From: Catajapyx aquilonaris
Taxonomy: Eukaryota
Length of the DNA: 58,289 nucleotides
Direction of reading: 5' to 3'
Assembly: GCA_000934665.2 (NCBI GenBank)
Contig: JYFJ02002368.1
Location: 1 to 58,289, forward strand
The position numbers and the translations under genes are program-made. The notes under the pieces were generated by a model that saw nothing but the letters and a program-made list of their open reading frames with translations, made no database searches and was not told the DNA's origin. Shown here in pieces: positions 12,558 to 27,500 of the stretch (position 1 is the stretch's first letter; every line of letters begins with the position of its first letter).

Positions 12558-15500
12558 ATGGTGTCCTACTGCAACGCGGTGGCAATGTTCCCGGCACCGA
12601 ATCGACATGCCCCGCATCACGCCAGCCAGACACCGTACTTTGCCTATGGATACCCACAGCAGACAGCGGCACAGTATGTGCCCAACATGAACATGGGGGA
12701 GCTGAACTGCAACCTCCAGCAGTTTCCAATGACACAGTTTGGCAGTCCTGATGGCCTGCAGCACCATCAGGCAGCATCTGGCTCGTGGCACAACCCGTCC
12801 GTGTACCCGATGTCGGCTCCGTTGCCGCACCATACCAGCTCGTGTGCTAGAAACACGGTGCCGTACGAGGAATGGAGTCTGCATGCACAGCAGTCGCAGT
12901 CGCCACATTCGCCAAGTCCATGCTCGCAACATATGGCGTCTCCCAGTCCTCAGCACCAGCAGCAAGGGTCTCAGAGCCCCACCTTGGCCCCGGTTGGCAT
13001 GTACCCGCACTACGGGAACATCAAACAGCAGCCGACAACGCCTGACTTCCCGTCGTGCTCGCAACCGCAGGACCTGAGCAGTGGTGCGCAGTGCTTAGGT
13101 GCGGCACCCTCCGGAGGATCCTCTTCGGCCACCATCACCGCAACGGCCATCGCCACCGTCACGGCTTCGGCCGCATCACCTGCCGACTCCGGGTTGGCCG
13201 TATCCAGCGACGGGGTGTCCAGCTCCGATTCGCCGCACCAGCACGAGCAGGTGGCAGCCGCAGGGGCCGCCCAGGGGCAGACCCAGCAGCAGCAGCAACA
13301 GAACCAGCAAAACCAGCAGACGGGACAGCAGCAGAGTGCGACGTCGGCCATACCAGCCGGAGCGCACCATCCTCACCACACGCACCCGCTGACCCACACG
13401 CATCCGCACGCGACGCACCACGGGCTGACACACCACGGGCCGCCCTCGGGCGCGTTGGTCGCCGCAGCAGCCGCAGCAGCCAGGCCGCAGCCGGTTCGAA
13501 GCCCATACGAGTGGATGAAGAAGCCGTCGTACCAGAATCAGCCCAACCCAGGTAGATTGCTTTTTCATTGCTTTGTCTCATTCTGTTATTGCTTATTGTT
13601 GTGGCTTCGGTGCACTAGTTGAAGATGGAAATTCCAGAGCCGTTATTGTTGCTTATCATGCCACAGTCTGAATCGGCCTGAATGCATCTTGGCAGTGCAC
13701 CATCTTGTATAATGGCAGATTGTAATTTGAGTGTGCTTTGGGGTATATTTGTCTGCAAAATTTATTCTGATGGGTGACACTATATGACAGCATATGCTGG
13801 GTGTCACTTGATATTAATCGTGCGTCGTTTACCTGTTGAAAGTAATTTTTTGACGAGCTATATCGTACAGTTAGCGTAACGTGTACAGGCAACAGTACTT
13901 ATTAATTTATTGAAAGAGTACTGCGTGCACACTTGTCGTGTGCTTATCTTGTTTGACAAATAATGTGCACATGTACGTACTATGCTAAAGTGCATCAACT
14001 AGTTTCCAAGAATAGCTCATTGCAATGCTCGGCTTATCTTGTCAATTTTGATATCTTGGCTGCTCAGTCTGCTGTTGACAAATCCTAAATCAACCGAAGA
14101 CAAATTTGAAGTGTCGTATCAATTTAATTACTCGAATCATTTGTTGGGACACAATCCACAGCTTGATGGGAAGTTATGCGACAATGCACGGTGGCGTTTA
14201 CGCCAACATTGAGTAATATGTGACGTAAATTGTTCCAAGCGTGGGACTTACGTCAGCATGTGCGACACTGCTGCAGAATACTATTGACGTAAATGCTATT
14301 TAATTCGTAAAATTACATCACGCAGGTATACTATAAGCAGCAACATGTTATGCAGTGCGTATTCTATTGTTGATAATATTTTTTTGATTGGTGATTGATG
14401 TATCCTGCAGACTGCGTGTACCATATAGGCGCATTTTAGATTTCGATATGTTACTAATAAATTTCTGAGAGCAAAAGTATGGTGTCAAGCACAGTTATGG
14501 CCTTGTTTTCATTGCCGATCTAGTGTTTATTATATCTACAAGTTTACCATAATTTGTAGGCCTTATAAAAATTTATTTGATTTGCTTTATTACATAACAC
14601 GCAATTAACCAGTACCTTCCGTTAGTTTATATATTTATGGACTATATAATTTCTTATATTTCAACCCGCATTCGAACTTCACAATGTCCCCAAATACGTG
14701 AACCTGCCATATTTTTGGAACAATATTTTGATGAAAAAAGGCATGTATATAGCGATTTAAAGGTGGCCGTTGCAGACCTGCAATAACAATCGAAGCTATA
14801 TAGCCATAAACTATTGTAATAAGCTCTGTTGAATATAAATGATGATTTGTCAAGCAGATATTAATAGTAGAACTATATTAAATTGTGTGCTCTATATGAG
14901 TGGTTCCTTATTTGTGTCCGCAAAAGGTCAAGAATTATTACAGCTTGTCTGTATTTGAATTGAAAAATATATCATTAATAGTCACGTACGCTAGAGTAAA
15001 TGCGGTCAATATTATTCGATTTGATGTAACGATTATTTGAATGCAACCCAATTGTTGGCATACGTACGAGTACACAGGCATTGCAGTATTACCTGTTCGA
15101 AAAGAACCGGAACAAAGCGGTGTCAGCCGGCAGTTGGTTGAAGACAGTGATGAAATGGTTTCATTAGATTCTATTTTCACCTGCCACGAAATACCTTATA
15201 CAGTCATAGTACGACTCGTATGTACAGCATAATTTATGACAGAGCAATAGGACATTTGAAATTTTTTTAGCCGTGAGTATTTCTCTCACCTTCAGCTGTG
15301 CGAACCTATTTGCATTTTGCAATGCATACACTCTGCAACCATTTCGGAAAATTCACTGAAAACTCTCTGTGCATGAAATTTTGGAAAGGCAAACTGCTTA
15401 AGTTGGTGCAATCTGAACAAAATTTGGAATAATTTCATATACAAGTAGGCTGCATTGCATTCCCCATTCTAATCCCCCCCTATATTATAATTATAAACCA

Positions 15501-18500
15501 GCTTTCGTTGGTATCTGTATTCGAAATTTCACACACCAAAGCCCTTTCAATTAATTGCACCAATACGGTGCAGCACAATGTACACATTTATTTTGATGGA
15601 CATTTTACATGCACAGTAGAGCAGCAGGTGTATTTTTCACATAATTCATCACGAGTTGCAGCAATGATGGCATAAAGGTGTAATAAGTTAGTTATTGGAA
15701 GCATTGAGGCTCTCCCTGTTTGTCCAAGTTAATCTCCGCGTACACCATTTTGTACGTAAAATTTTAATAATAAATTATGACGAACATTAAATAGTGTTTA
15801 GTGTATTATAATGATGAAGTATCAGCCATCTATTTGTAATTATGCATAATGCGATATACTTGTGATTTGAACATTACTTGAACGTCACAGATTTATTGCA
15901 GACTATATAATTACACACAGAATAAGAAATGTAGAAAGTCTGCTCCTATTATTGTAATGAATGTGAAGTCGATCGTTTTAGGAAAAATCATTTGTGGCAT
16001 GGTATTTTGCAGAACTACATGGTACGGTTATAATAAGTTTATATCAGAAATGTATTTTGTGATCACGGCTGCAGTTGGCGGTTATATACTCTGGCACGTG
16101 TAAAACAATCTCTTAACTATTTACAACTCCTGCAATAATAATTTGGCGCAAAAAGTTCGTTACCCCTTCAAGGCGACAAAGTCACGAAGCTGAAAAGAGT
16201 TAGGCCTATTGGCACTTGCGCTCTATAAAGGCTAGTTTTATGTTTCAAGACTTATATAGTTGTGGGTTACTCCGTTAATGATTGATTAATTAGTAAACCT
16301 ACCAATGAGTTAAATAGACGTACGATAAACAGTGTAACTAGTTATATGAGTGTCAGTTGTATACAGTATAGATGGGCTGTTAAATATGCTGATATCGGTA
16401 TTTTTAAAAAAAATCTGCCATCGGCTTAGTGAAAAAAGTATGCATATCCAGTACATGTTACACCCTTCTTACATAATATGTTGCATAACTTATAGTTTGT
16501 TTATTATCAGACGCTCTTGAAAGCAACATGCACTTTCCGTTCCATTTCCTGAAATTCCGACAATAATTTTTAACTATAAAATTTGTAGTCACTTTTACAT
16601 GGATATTATTTTACGAAATAAAGTGCATTGTTGTCTATAGACTACTTCCAACTACGCAGAGCTATATCGTTGTCCGATAGCCAACAATGGTACTTAAAAT
16701 TTTGCCGACAGTCTGGCTCCGAAACACAACGAGATAAAGAGCCTTGCATATTATGCGGATGGCATTGTTTGGTACGTTGAATTTACATTCCCCCAGTCTT
16801 TTGCATATATATAGGGCTTGGGCATTTTCGGGAGAACATTTGAGTTGCTGGAAAAGCCCAAGTGAATACTTTGGAACTCAAACTGAGCGCATAAAGGGAG
16901 AGGAAGGGAAGGAAAATGAGGGAAACCCAGAGATAGATAGTTTTCTTCTTCCTTCCTCATTCCGGCCCCCAGAATCCAGATCGTGGCATTAACTTCAGGA
17001 TGAGAAATGACAACTCCTCCCCCAACATCTTGAAGGCAAATGTGCCACCAAAAAACATAGCAAAGGCTTGGAATTTGTCGAGAATAAAGCTGATAGACTA
17101 CTATGTTGACATCTTTGATTGTTGAGGTTTTCACACGAGGGTAGAAAATTGTTTGCTACTGTTTTGGTTGAGGTGGAGGGAAATTAAAGGCAGATGCAAA
17201 CAAAGGGAATAATGAGGTTGTGTGTACAGAGTTCCATGAGGGACATGGTATGTGGATGGTATATAGTAACAATGGAAGGGAGGCCATATCTGCGGCTCAG
17301 CGAAATATGGCGCAAGTTGTGGTGCCCCCAAAAGGCCTTTTCAATTCATTCTTGTGTCTGGTCGGAATGGGAAGTAAACGGATGGGAACGTCCCATTGTA
17401 GGCGAGGAATGGGAGGCCCAATGTCTGGTCTAGGGCTGCCGACATGGTTGTCTAGGGTGTGCTTGCACAACCCACACGTAACGCTCTTCACGGTCCTCCA
17501 GGGGACAACTGAGCCCGGGCCTTACAACTGCACTGCCACCATTGGACAGAACCAGAAGGGCTTTAGTATATACACACATACTATATACATACACAACACG
17601 AGGGGCAACGTGTGTATAGGGCCTGGAGGCGACGACCATTTTTATTATGTGATATTAAAGCTTCTGCTGCCATAAATAATTCCCTTATCTCTCCAATGCA
17701 CTGAATGAACTTTCTTTTATACTTGGTGTCGTTAAAAAGAGTGATGACATAATATTATCCTCTAACCCTGAACAATTCACATATATATATTTTTTTATTG
17801 CAACGCGGGCTTGTATTTTAATTAGCGCCTGTATTCATTCACGCCGTACTCTCGGTATGTGATACGTAGGCCTACCGTATAAGCGAATTAGTTCAGGAGT
17901 TAGAGTCATATGTTCTGGAATGCACTCGGTAGCTTGAATCAAAATTTGTTTGAGATTTTTAGTAGACAAAACTGAAATTAGTTTCTTTTCTTTCAGAAGT
18001 GTGCGCGAGGCATCCTTTTGCTTGGGAAGACTACGGTAGGCCTACAAGTACGTTGATATTAGATTTGGCATGCATGAAGTTACAAGTTGTATTGTGTAGT
18101 GTGTACAGTGTTTGTGAATGTTTAGAAGATCAAGTTAGCGCGTTTTTTTTTCCTTTTCCACTAAAGTTGGTTAGGTTTTGCTGCCATCTGTCAGAAGTCC
18201 AACAACATACTTAACCTGTTTCAATACTTTGTATGCATCTCGGGCGCGTCTGGTCGGGTTATAAGGCTTTTTGGCTCACCAAGTGTGGTAACAGAGAAGA
18301 CCCCCACTTACTTTGCCACGCCGTGAAAGAGACCCACTTTTTGAAAGGGGGGATTTCAAAGATGGCTGTTGTGCCGCCCTCCTAGACGAAGAGAGGCCTC
18401 AAATAGCAGCCAAGAAGAGCAACAAACTTGGCCACTATGAGAAAGAGGAGGAGCTAAAAAACTATCCTCTGACATTTACCGGGTTGTAAATATTCCCACC

Positions 18501-21500
18501 GAAAAGCTTTGGGAGTGAAGAGACAGAAGAGATGGAGGAACTTTTAAGAAAAAAAAATATATAAGAGAGAGGGTTTGAGCATGGATTGCATCTTTTTGCC
18601 TCTTGTTTTTACGAGACAGGAAGTGACAAACTTGACACGGAGACAGATGCGATCTGAGTGGTGAGAAAACGAGGGCGAAACAAAGATGGCGAGAGTCTGG
18701 AAATACTAGGGGAAACGGCAGGCTTGTAAAAAATTTTTTTAAAACGGAAGTTATTAAGAAATTCTGTGGAAGGATTAGTTTCATTTAAGTGCGTACAATT
18801 ATTGATGATAAATTTGAGCTAATAAGTATGCATATTTTTTTTAAATGTGTAGTGGTCGAAAGCCTTTGTTAGATAAAATATGTGGAGTGTGTGAGTTCAG
18901 CATTTGTTTGAATAAGAAAACCAATTTTGCATACTGCTGCGTGGGCGACCAAACCACAAGAGCAGCAGCGATCTAATAAACAAAATTTCGTTAGGGGAAA
19001 CCCACCGTGCCTGGTCTTATTTAAAAAAAGTAGGTGTTAACCTGATCTGTAAAGGTCAATGTTACTATTATTTGCACTGTGCCTAAATATAAACCAGCAA
19101 TAATCTGAGATAAACTTCTCACCTTATATATCACGATGCCAGTTTTTACTACCCAGTTTTAATATGGATATGCTGCCACACTGTGCAAAAACCGAACTTG
19201 TATTAGAAAACCCCAAGTTTTTTGAACTAGGACAACATTTTTGTCAACCGAATTATATTCAAGGAATTTGCACTGATAGTGGTGGTGGCTATTTTTGCAT
19301 AGCCATGGTATGTGTCATTAGGTGCAAAACGTGGCGCTTTTCCGCTAGAGAAAACGCAGTTTGAAGGAAAGGAAGTTTCCAGCACACGAGAAATAACTTC
19401 CCGAACTTGTGAGACGTGTGAAAAGTAGAAAGAACGTGTCAAAATAGTAGCCTCTCGCGATGACTTTGCCTTTACACATATATATATATACAGTTGGACC
19501 TCCACCATTTTCCACCCTAACTGTCGGTCACCCAGAGTTGGCTGATATATGGATTATACACCCCCCTCAAGACATTTAAGATGCATGAAAAGTCAGGGCC
19601 CATTGATCGCGGTACACCTAGCCATATAAGCACGAACAGATATATAATTAGACAGGCTGAAAGCAATGAATTATGGACCTATGCGCACGAGGAGAGCACC
19701 TGAAAATCAGTTATACTCAAGGGTTCATGTGATGTATAGAAGGACCTATTGATTAGTATGTCTGACGAACCACTGCCTAGGGTACACTGCATCAACTATT
19801 AGCTATTCACAAGTGATCAGAAAATAATATTTCCGACATATGTTAGGTTGATTTTGTATAAAAGAGACCATCCTCTGCCGCCGGAAAAGGGCCCGAATCA
19901 GGGACTGAAAGACAATATTCTTGCATGGCAAATACGAGCGTCTGGAGGGCACTCTGAGTGAGAAAGGAAGCGATTTTCTGAAGTGGTGTACCGGAACGCC
20001 TTTGGGAAGCCAACCTCTCTGAAAGAATACCGAAAAAAAAGGGGGCACGGGGCGAAACAGGAAGAAAAGGCGGCCGTGCGACTTACAACTATCCGGGACA
20101 GCTTCCCACGAATCAAGCAAAACAAGATGGCGGGTTAGGATTTTATATATATAAAAAAACAAAGTTTGGGTGCGAATGAGGCGGAGAGAGGCTCATTTGA
20201 AGGGAGGTTGCGAAGAGGTCCCTAGGGTGCCCTATAGTCCTGGCGGCCAAGATTGTGGGCGTCCGGCCTGGGAGCGCTTGCCAAGATGGATGACCCTCGA
20301 CTCGTGTGGCCTCCCCTCCTCTTTGGTGGACAGCAAGGAGCTAACCCACCCACCTAACCTCAAAGCTGGTTTTTCTTAGGAGATGCCCCGGCCAGGCAGG
20401 GTTCTCATGTAAATTTAGCTTGCCGCCTTGTGATGCTTGGCCCACCTGCTCAAAAAGACACCCACTTGCATTCTGGGAGCGTCCTTTCACCCTGCTCCGG
20501 CCATTTTATGCGGGGATGAAAAACAAGAGATGGTTTGACCTTCTTTGGATATGATGACTAAGCTGGTTGGATGTCAACTAATCCAATGTCAGAATTTTTT
20601 AAATTTAATTTTTTAATATTGTTGTACAAAATGAGGGGTGTGGTTGGCCTAAACACCTATCAACTATGTAAAAAACCAGACAAACAGTAAAACCCGCATT
20701 TGATGCATATTTCCAAACGTATGTCTGTATGTTCCCGATGCAAATCAATACGGAGGCATCGACATATGACCCAGGGGGATCATTAGGGGTAGTTTTTAAC
20801 GGGGAAGGTTTGTAGCACATTGGACTTGACCTCCGAGGTCATCCTTGGCCGCAGGAGGCAAAGTGGCAGAAAAGCAGGATACATCGATTCATCGATTCAT
20901 CCAAAGAATTTCATAACGTAGTTTTCTATATGATTTGCACAAATGTTAATTCGTTCTTCATAAGTGTTGAATGGTCATCCTCAAAGCGCAGGTCAGCCAA
21001 GCATTAATAGCGGACTATAAAACTCAACCTTGTGGAAAGTTCAAGTGAGGGTACCTAGGAATGTAGGTTTTTTTTTAAAAAAAAAAAATGGAATGAAAGT
21101 TGTCGCGGGTGTGTATTGAGCATGAATGTGGTGGGTGGGATGTTGGGAGGGGTTGTGTCGAAAAATGTCCCTTTTTCAGAAGCCGATTTTTGGGACTTGG
21201 GGACTAGGGGCGAGACTGCGGAGTATATCGCTTTATCTCCAGGGGCTTATCCTGGCGGCTCGAGCACCAGACAAAGGAAGGACTGGGTTTGAGGGGAGGT
21301 CCTGCAGGGGCGCAAATTGGGCCAAAGCGAGCCGGCAAAGTTCCAGCCGGGTGTCCGGTTTGGGGGGGCAAAGACCCCGGGTCGGGAATGGTATGGTCAA
21401 AAGGGAAGGTCCTGTGGGGGAGGGTGGACAAATTAAGCCGTCGTCAATCACCGGCCTGACTTACATCCGTTTGCTTCAACCGCTTTTAGCAGTGGAAACT

Positions 21501-24500
21501 GTATATGTACAATGAATTATGAATGGAATTTGCATTTAACAAAGTTTTAACAAATTTAAATTGTAGGCAATTTATCATATAGGAAAAAAGTAAGAACACC
21601 AGAAGGTATACAAAGGATAGCATAAACATGAATTTATGCAAATGTGCGCACATAGGATTTATGAGGTGGCTTCCTCTTTTTTGATAAATAGGGTGATGCG
21701 AACCTTGTTTATTTCACCGTTGAAGTCACCAAATTCATTACCCGACAATCTAAATATTGCGTGCTTGCCTGTCAGTTTTCGAGATTTCTGCCAGGTGCAC
21801 TCTGACAGGAAATTGTCACATGAGCGTTACTCACGTCGTTATAGGCTTGGATAGTAACGATCGCGATGACATTTACGTCTGCAATAAAATCTCGTAAACA
21901 CCAGGGGGTATAGGGGGGGGGGGATTGCACTGTGATATTTGTGCAAGGTGGTTGTACGCGCCGAATAATATTAATCACACGATGTGCGTTGAATATTATT
22001 TTTGGATAGTAAGAGAGGGGGGCAACAATGGAGACCTTAATGAGGAAATTGTGCGCAAGCGTGACTGCTCAGCTCGGCCACAAAGGACACCGACATGTGT
22101 GCAATAGACCGTTTCGTATGTCCGACTTACTTGGCTCACTATTATCCCCTCGTAAAGTCCTTGCCGAGTTTCCATTTTCTTGGGAGAAAAGAAACGGGCA
22201 CTCCTGGTTATAAGAAGTATTTTTTTCCGTTTGTTTCTATGATTCAAGAATGAGATTGCAAGAGTTTTCATGAAAATTTCTTTCTCACTGGCTAGCAAAT
22301 TGCAGATCTTCTTTTAGCAAAGGGGAGGGGGGGGGGGGAAATAACACGCGCGATATCTATAGGGTTTGGAATAAGTTCGCAGTTTATTGGGGCAATAATC
22401 GGAGGTGTCGATTGCTGGACTAATTATTTCTTGTGTAACCTTTTCATGAAGGACAGGCGGCGTTGTGGAAATCTCACACTTATTTTTGAGTCATGGCTAT
22501 CATTAGGGGAATATCCAGATAGTGGCAAACACACTATTTACGATATCTTGTGAGTTTTGGAGAAATTATGATTTTTTTTAAGTTACTGGTATGTCAATTA
22601 AAATTATTCATTATTTATGAACAGGTTTCTGGTACTTATTAGCCCCTCGGCAGAATCATCAGCATATTATTACTACAATTAAAATAATATACTGCTAGTC
22701 GCTTCTTATCAAGTCAACAAGTGATCAGTTGACGTACACACCAGCAGTCAAACGCAAAATCAGGGGGTACGCTCTGTATTGGCACAGACCAATAATTGGG
22801 ATTGTAGGTCTGGTAGCACAATAACTGCCACAAAACAAACCATCCAGACAAATGGTTTGGTTTCGAAATCCCATATTGCAAATGGCAACGAGGATAATGG
22901 GAATCATCATAATGCCACAGCCCTTTTGTTTTCTATGCCCATCCTCATTCGAAGCCATCTTGAGCCAGGTTCCATGTCACGATGCCATCAAGTCATGCTC
23001 CCCCCCAAGGTCACGATTTCTATCATACAAACCACCCTCAAAAAAAGAGTATGTATCTAATCGGCCATCTTATACTCTCCGACTCTCTCTCTCTTCATCG
23101 TCCGCCAAGTGGCCCAAGGAAAACTCTGGCACGAAATGTGACCAAACCCACCAGGTAAAACCTGGTTGGGCCAGCATCCCTATAAATCATGTCCTCTTAA
23201 TGGATCATTTGCTATTATCTTCCCAGAAGAATTTTTTTATAGCAATTAATATATGTCGCTTGAAAGCTGAAAATGTCGGTATGCAACTATAGAAAACGTA
23301 ACGGTGCAATTAGAGAACACTGCTTGCGGTGGTCAGTTATAGATGAATTTTTTAACGAGCCGAAAAGTCGGCCATATTGTTACCCCCTCAGTATGGTAGT
23401 GTTGGAAACAATTTGCGCCAATTTTTAAAAATTCATTATTTTTAGTAATTTTCTGTACTAGTTTACAGCCAATTGTTAGCACAATCAAGTTGTGTGCTTT
23501 AGGACAGGGGGGTGGAAGGGGGAGGGGGTAAAAGGCCATTTAGCACTGGGTGTTAGCAGCAATTACCCGGGTGGCAGGTGGGCCTTTTGAAGACGAATGG
23601 GGCGCGAAGTGGGGGCGCTGACAACCCAATGAAGAGGGGCTCGTGTCCGGTCGAATGAGAAGGATGGTGCTAGGGGGTGGTCACTGGGCGGGTCACATGT
23701 CAGTCCCTTACACAGGACAGATGGACCACTCGAGCAGCTGCTGGCAAAAAGTTTTGCCCCCAAGTTGTTTCGAGTGGTGGAAAGCCGGCCAATTTTGCGA
23801 CGATGCAATTAATAAGTATACAATGCAGAAGGGTACTGTACTGTGAGATCCTGGTACCGGTTTCCGGGTTCATTTTCCAGGTCCCCCTTTTGTGATGCCG
23901 GTGGTCATTAAAAAATGGCAGTGATGAAGAACCTTGCGTGGCTTCATATATGAGAGTTTTGCTTCTGAAATTGCCACATTAGCATTAACTCTTTACCGTA
24001 AATTGAGGTGCAATTCGTGTATTCTTGAGAGAAAACTGTACAATTTTTAGGGCGAAAAAATAACAATGAAGACATCTAGAGCCGTCTGGTCAATGTCACC
24101 AAGGCTTTCCCCTCGAGACACCTAGGTGCATGTCACATTGTTACTTCTCATTCTGGTGGGATGAAATAGCCTTTTTTTTTACTGATGCTCTCTGTAATGG
24201 GCATTCCTTACTCCTTATCGCCGCTCAGGTATGATAATATTAAACATTCAGTGTCAAAGTTTATAGCTTAGCCATAAATTTTTAGTTACGACCAGCTGGT
24301 TTTTGTGAGAGGTTGGGGGGCTAAGAGTCGTACACACGCCTTCAAAGACTATACAATGTGTCGGAATTTTAATTTTTTTCGTGGACATGAGTCGATTCCA
24401 AATATGAATTTTTCACTAAAATATTGTCGGGCGACATTCCCACTGACATACGCATGTGAGGTGAAATATACTGGTATGGCACGAGTGTAGATATACACAT

Positions 24501-27500
24501 GACGCGTTGTAAATTCTGCGAGGGGAAAGAAACTCGCACACATGATAAGCTCCCCTCTTTTTTTCCGTATGTTATCAGTAGCTATCGTGCAATATTAGTC
24601 ATAGAGGTGGGGTGTACGCGACACTTGTCACATGTTTGCACAGCGAGCTCCTTGTTTATTATTTTCAAGAGGACATCATGTCGGGTTATCTACCCGTGAT
24701 GAGCAGGAGACACGTGCGTTTTATCGGTAGGTGCAAATTTGTAATATTCTTTGGGCGGTGTGTGTATAGGGGTGTGGACATGGGTGTGGGTACCGGTATG
24801 TCCGAACCAGTGAGAGAGCACGTCGGAGACATTTTTACTGGGTGCGTTGACAAGTGCTCGTAAAATGCATGGACAGAAGACATAAATAGTGGCCAGGCTG
24901 CCGATCTTTTGGGTGTCTGGAATGTCACCCATGTCGTCAGGGTCGCTTGTCAAACCCCCCCTTAGATGATGATGTTGGGCGGAGTGACATCGTGCGAGGC
25001 ATTACATTGTGTGACACTTTACTTCACGACTCAATTTTGCAACTAATTGGCGAGAAATTCGCTTCCAAGTATACGGGGCTATTCTGCACAATAGGTCCAC
25101 TTTCCTTTATGGTTATAGCTGACAATATTTTTTTTGGTGGGGGGAGAGAGAAAATATATACCATTTTAGTGCAGTATACTTCTTGTAACGTACAGGAGTG
25201 GAAAGGACGCAGGGTGCTACTGTACAAGGTTGGTACAAATTGAATGCACGATTGCACTTTCGATTGGATGTCTGAAATGTTTATTGCGACATTTCATGGG
25301 CACACTTTTCACCGCCAGTTTGTGTCAATAATTGTATTTTACGCATTTCTTGCAAATGGGCAGCTGACAATTAATACGTATTGCAATAATTGCAATAATT
25401 CAGCGTACTCCTTAAAACAAGAGTTCGCGGTAGTCTCTGTCCTTATCAGAGCATGGGGTTGTTGTCGTGGGGGTGGGAAGGAAACACATATCAGTCGTGT
25501 AATACCCCAACTCTAAGGATTAGCAGGCGAGAGGAATCAGCCTTTGAAGCTGCTATACCGCCATGTTTGCTCTAGGCTCTGATTTCGAAGCCGTCCGATA
25601 GCGTACCGTGCAGGTTGACGTGCGATGATAATATGCCCCCAGACCCAGATTGCCAACCCACTGATAAAAACAACAGGGTGATTCAAATCCCTAGTCACCC
25701 TGTAGGAGCTTCCGTTTGCATGCAACGTAGGATGGCACCGTGTCTCACACAGACCGTATTTTATCTGAGCTCTCCTCACACCTATTATTTGCAGTCATAA
25801 AAAGAAGTAGAGAAAAAAAATGAAGGGGGGGGGGGGGGGGNGGGGGGGGTAGAAGCGAAGGCCGAGTCTTGAGAAACGACTCAGTCACACAATCTGCCGT
25901 TTCGCAGCATGTTCAAATTTTTACTCGATAAGAGGAAGTGAAGGCAATAATCATGGGCGAACCGGAGCTACAGAAATTAGTGGGCATTATCGGTGCTGCA
26001 TCCACAAAAGTAAAGGAGGAAGGAAAAGGAGCTGAAGCGAAAATAGTTCAGGGGGGTTGTAAAAACACATACAATTTTTCCCCCCCAAAAAAAAACATAA
26101 TTTAGGAGGGGTGGGTGGGAGAAGAGTGATTAGTCCAATTCAGTCCTTTTATGGATCATAATTTGACTCCATTTTTCGAGACCGTTTACGTGGAACATAT
26201 TAGCTCTTTCTTGCAAGTAGATTCAGGCACGATTAACATACCGACTTTTTGAAGAATATATTTTTTTGCAGACGAGCGGAGGCTATGTAGGTCTGATGTG
26301 TGTGACCTGGTTATCTCTCGACTACATGTTAACATGAGGATAAACATGCAGACACAAGGTGGCGACAATGTTTGTCTTTAGGGAAGGTGTGTGCTCCTTG
26401 TGCTGCTAACAGGCTCGACTTATTACACAATTTAGCTAAATTTATTTTGTTTTACTATATTAAATAAATTGATAGCGCTCCTGCTTCACCTGGTGGTCTT
26501 CAACTGATTCTCTTTCATCTTGAGCTAAATGTGGTCTTTCAGCTTAAATATCATAATATTCTGCATATTTGGGTGCGAATTTAGGCGAAAGTTTGATCCT
26601 CCCATGAGCCTATTTCAAAGGCGCATGAGGCTAGATTTCTTTGAAGAGGAGGCAGTAAAGTCGAGGCCTTATCGCCGGACGTCACCTCAAAGCGACATGT
26701 CAAAATTTATCGGCACAAAAGTGCCGCAGGGAGATAAGATCGGTCGTGCAATATACAGAGCCATTATATGCCCCGGGTCTGAGCAGCAGGATCTCGGAGG
26801 TTTCCTGGATAAGGGGGGCAAAATGCGTACAATATACTCCCGCAAACTCCATATAGTCGAGCACACACGTAAGCGGAAAAAGAAAGAAAGAAAAAAAAAA
26901 GCTTTGAGGGGGGGTGGAAAAAGAAGGATGGATCCTGAATGCAGCAGGCAGACACGAATATTCCAGAATGTGTAACGATGTCGTAAATGGTGATTCCATG
27001 CAACATGGCGTGAAAGGTGTACCATGCCTTACTTGCTCGAGTGTAAGTTTGGCGAGACGCTGGGAGAATATTCAGATCCTCATAGAGTGGGTCAAGTTGT
27101 ATGCACAGTGAGAAAAACACATGTGATGCTGCAGGCCTTGAGATGCACAACACTGCTCACTGCATATAATACATACGAAGCTTAAACCGGAAGGTTGTGT
27201 TAAAAATGGACTATGTGCACATGTCTGAAGACAAAGAAGACCTTAGGTCACTCTATATAGTGTCCTTGGCAAGGACAGCCCCATTCATCTTCAAAGATCC
27301 GCTGACTAATTGATTTAAACATGCAAATAACAGGTTGCAATTTATGGGGTTACTATAAATGTCACCGAAGCAGCCACCTTGCTCGCTCCAATCGACACAT
27401 TGTTTCAAACCCCTTTGTGCCACATACCATTGTGTGACGCTGCTAACATGTAGGCCGCCATTTTGTACAAACTGTGCACAAATATTCGAGGAAAAAAATG

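Noticed and set aside
12076..13581. Many overlapping antisense and off-frame ORFs over caudal exon 1
   Set aside because: Expected shadows of GC-rich, low-complexity coding sequence.
25825..25849. Long G runs with N (also ~38305-38320) as G-quadruplex elements
   Set aside because: They coincide with assembly Ns, so length and sequence are unreliable.
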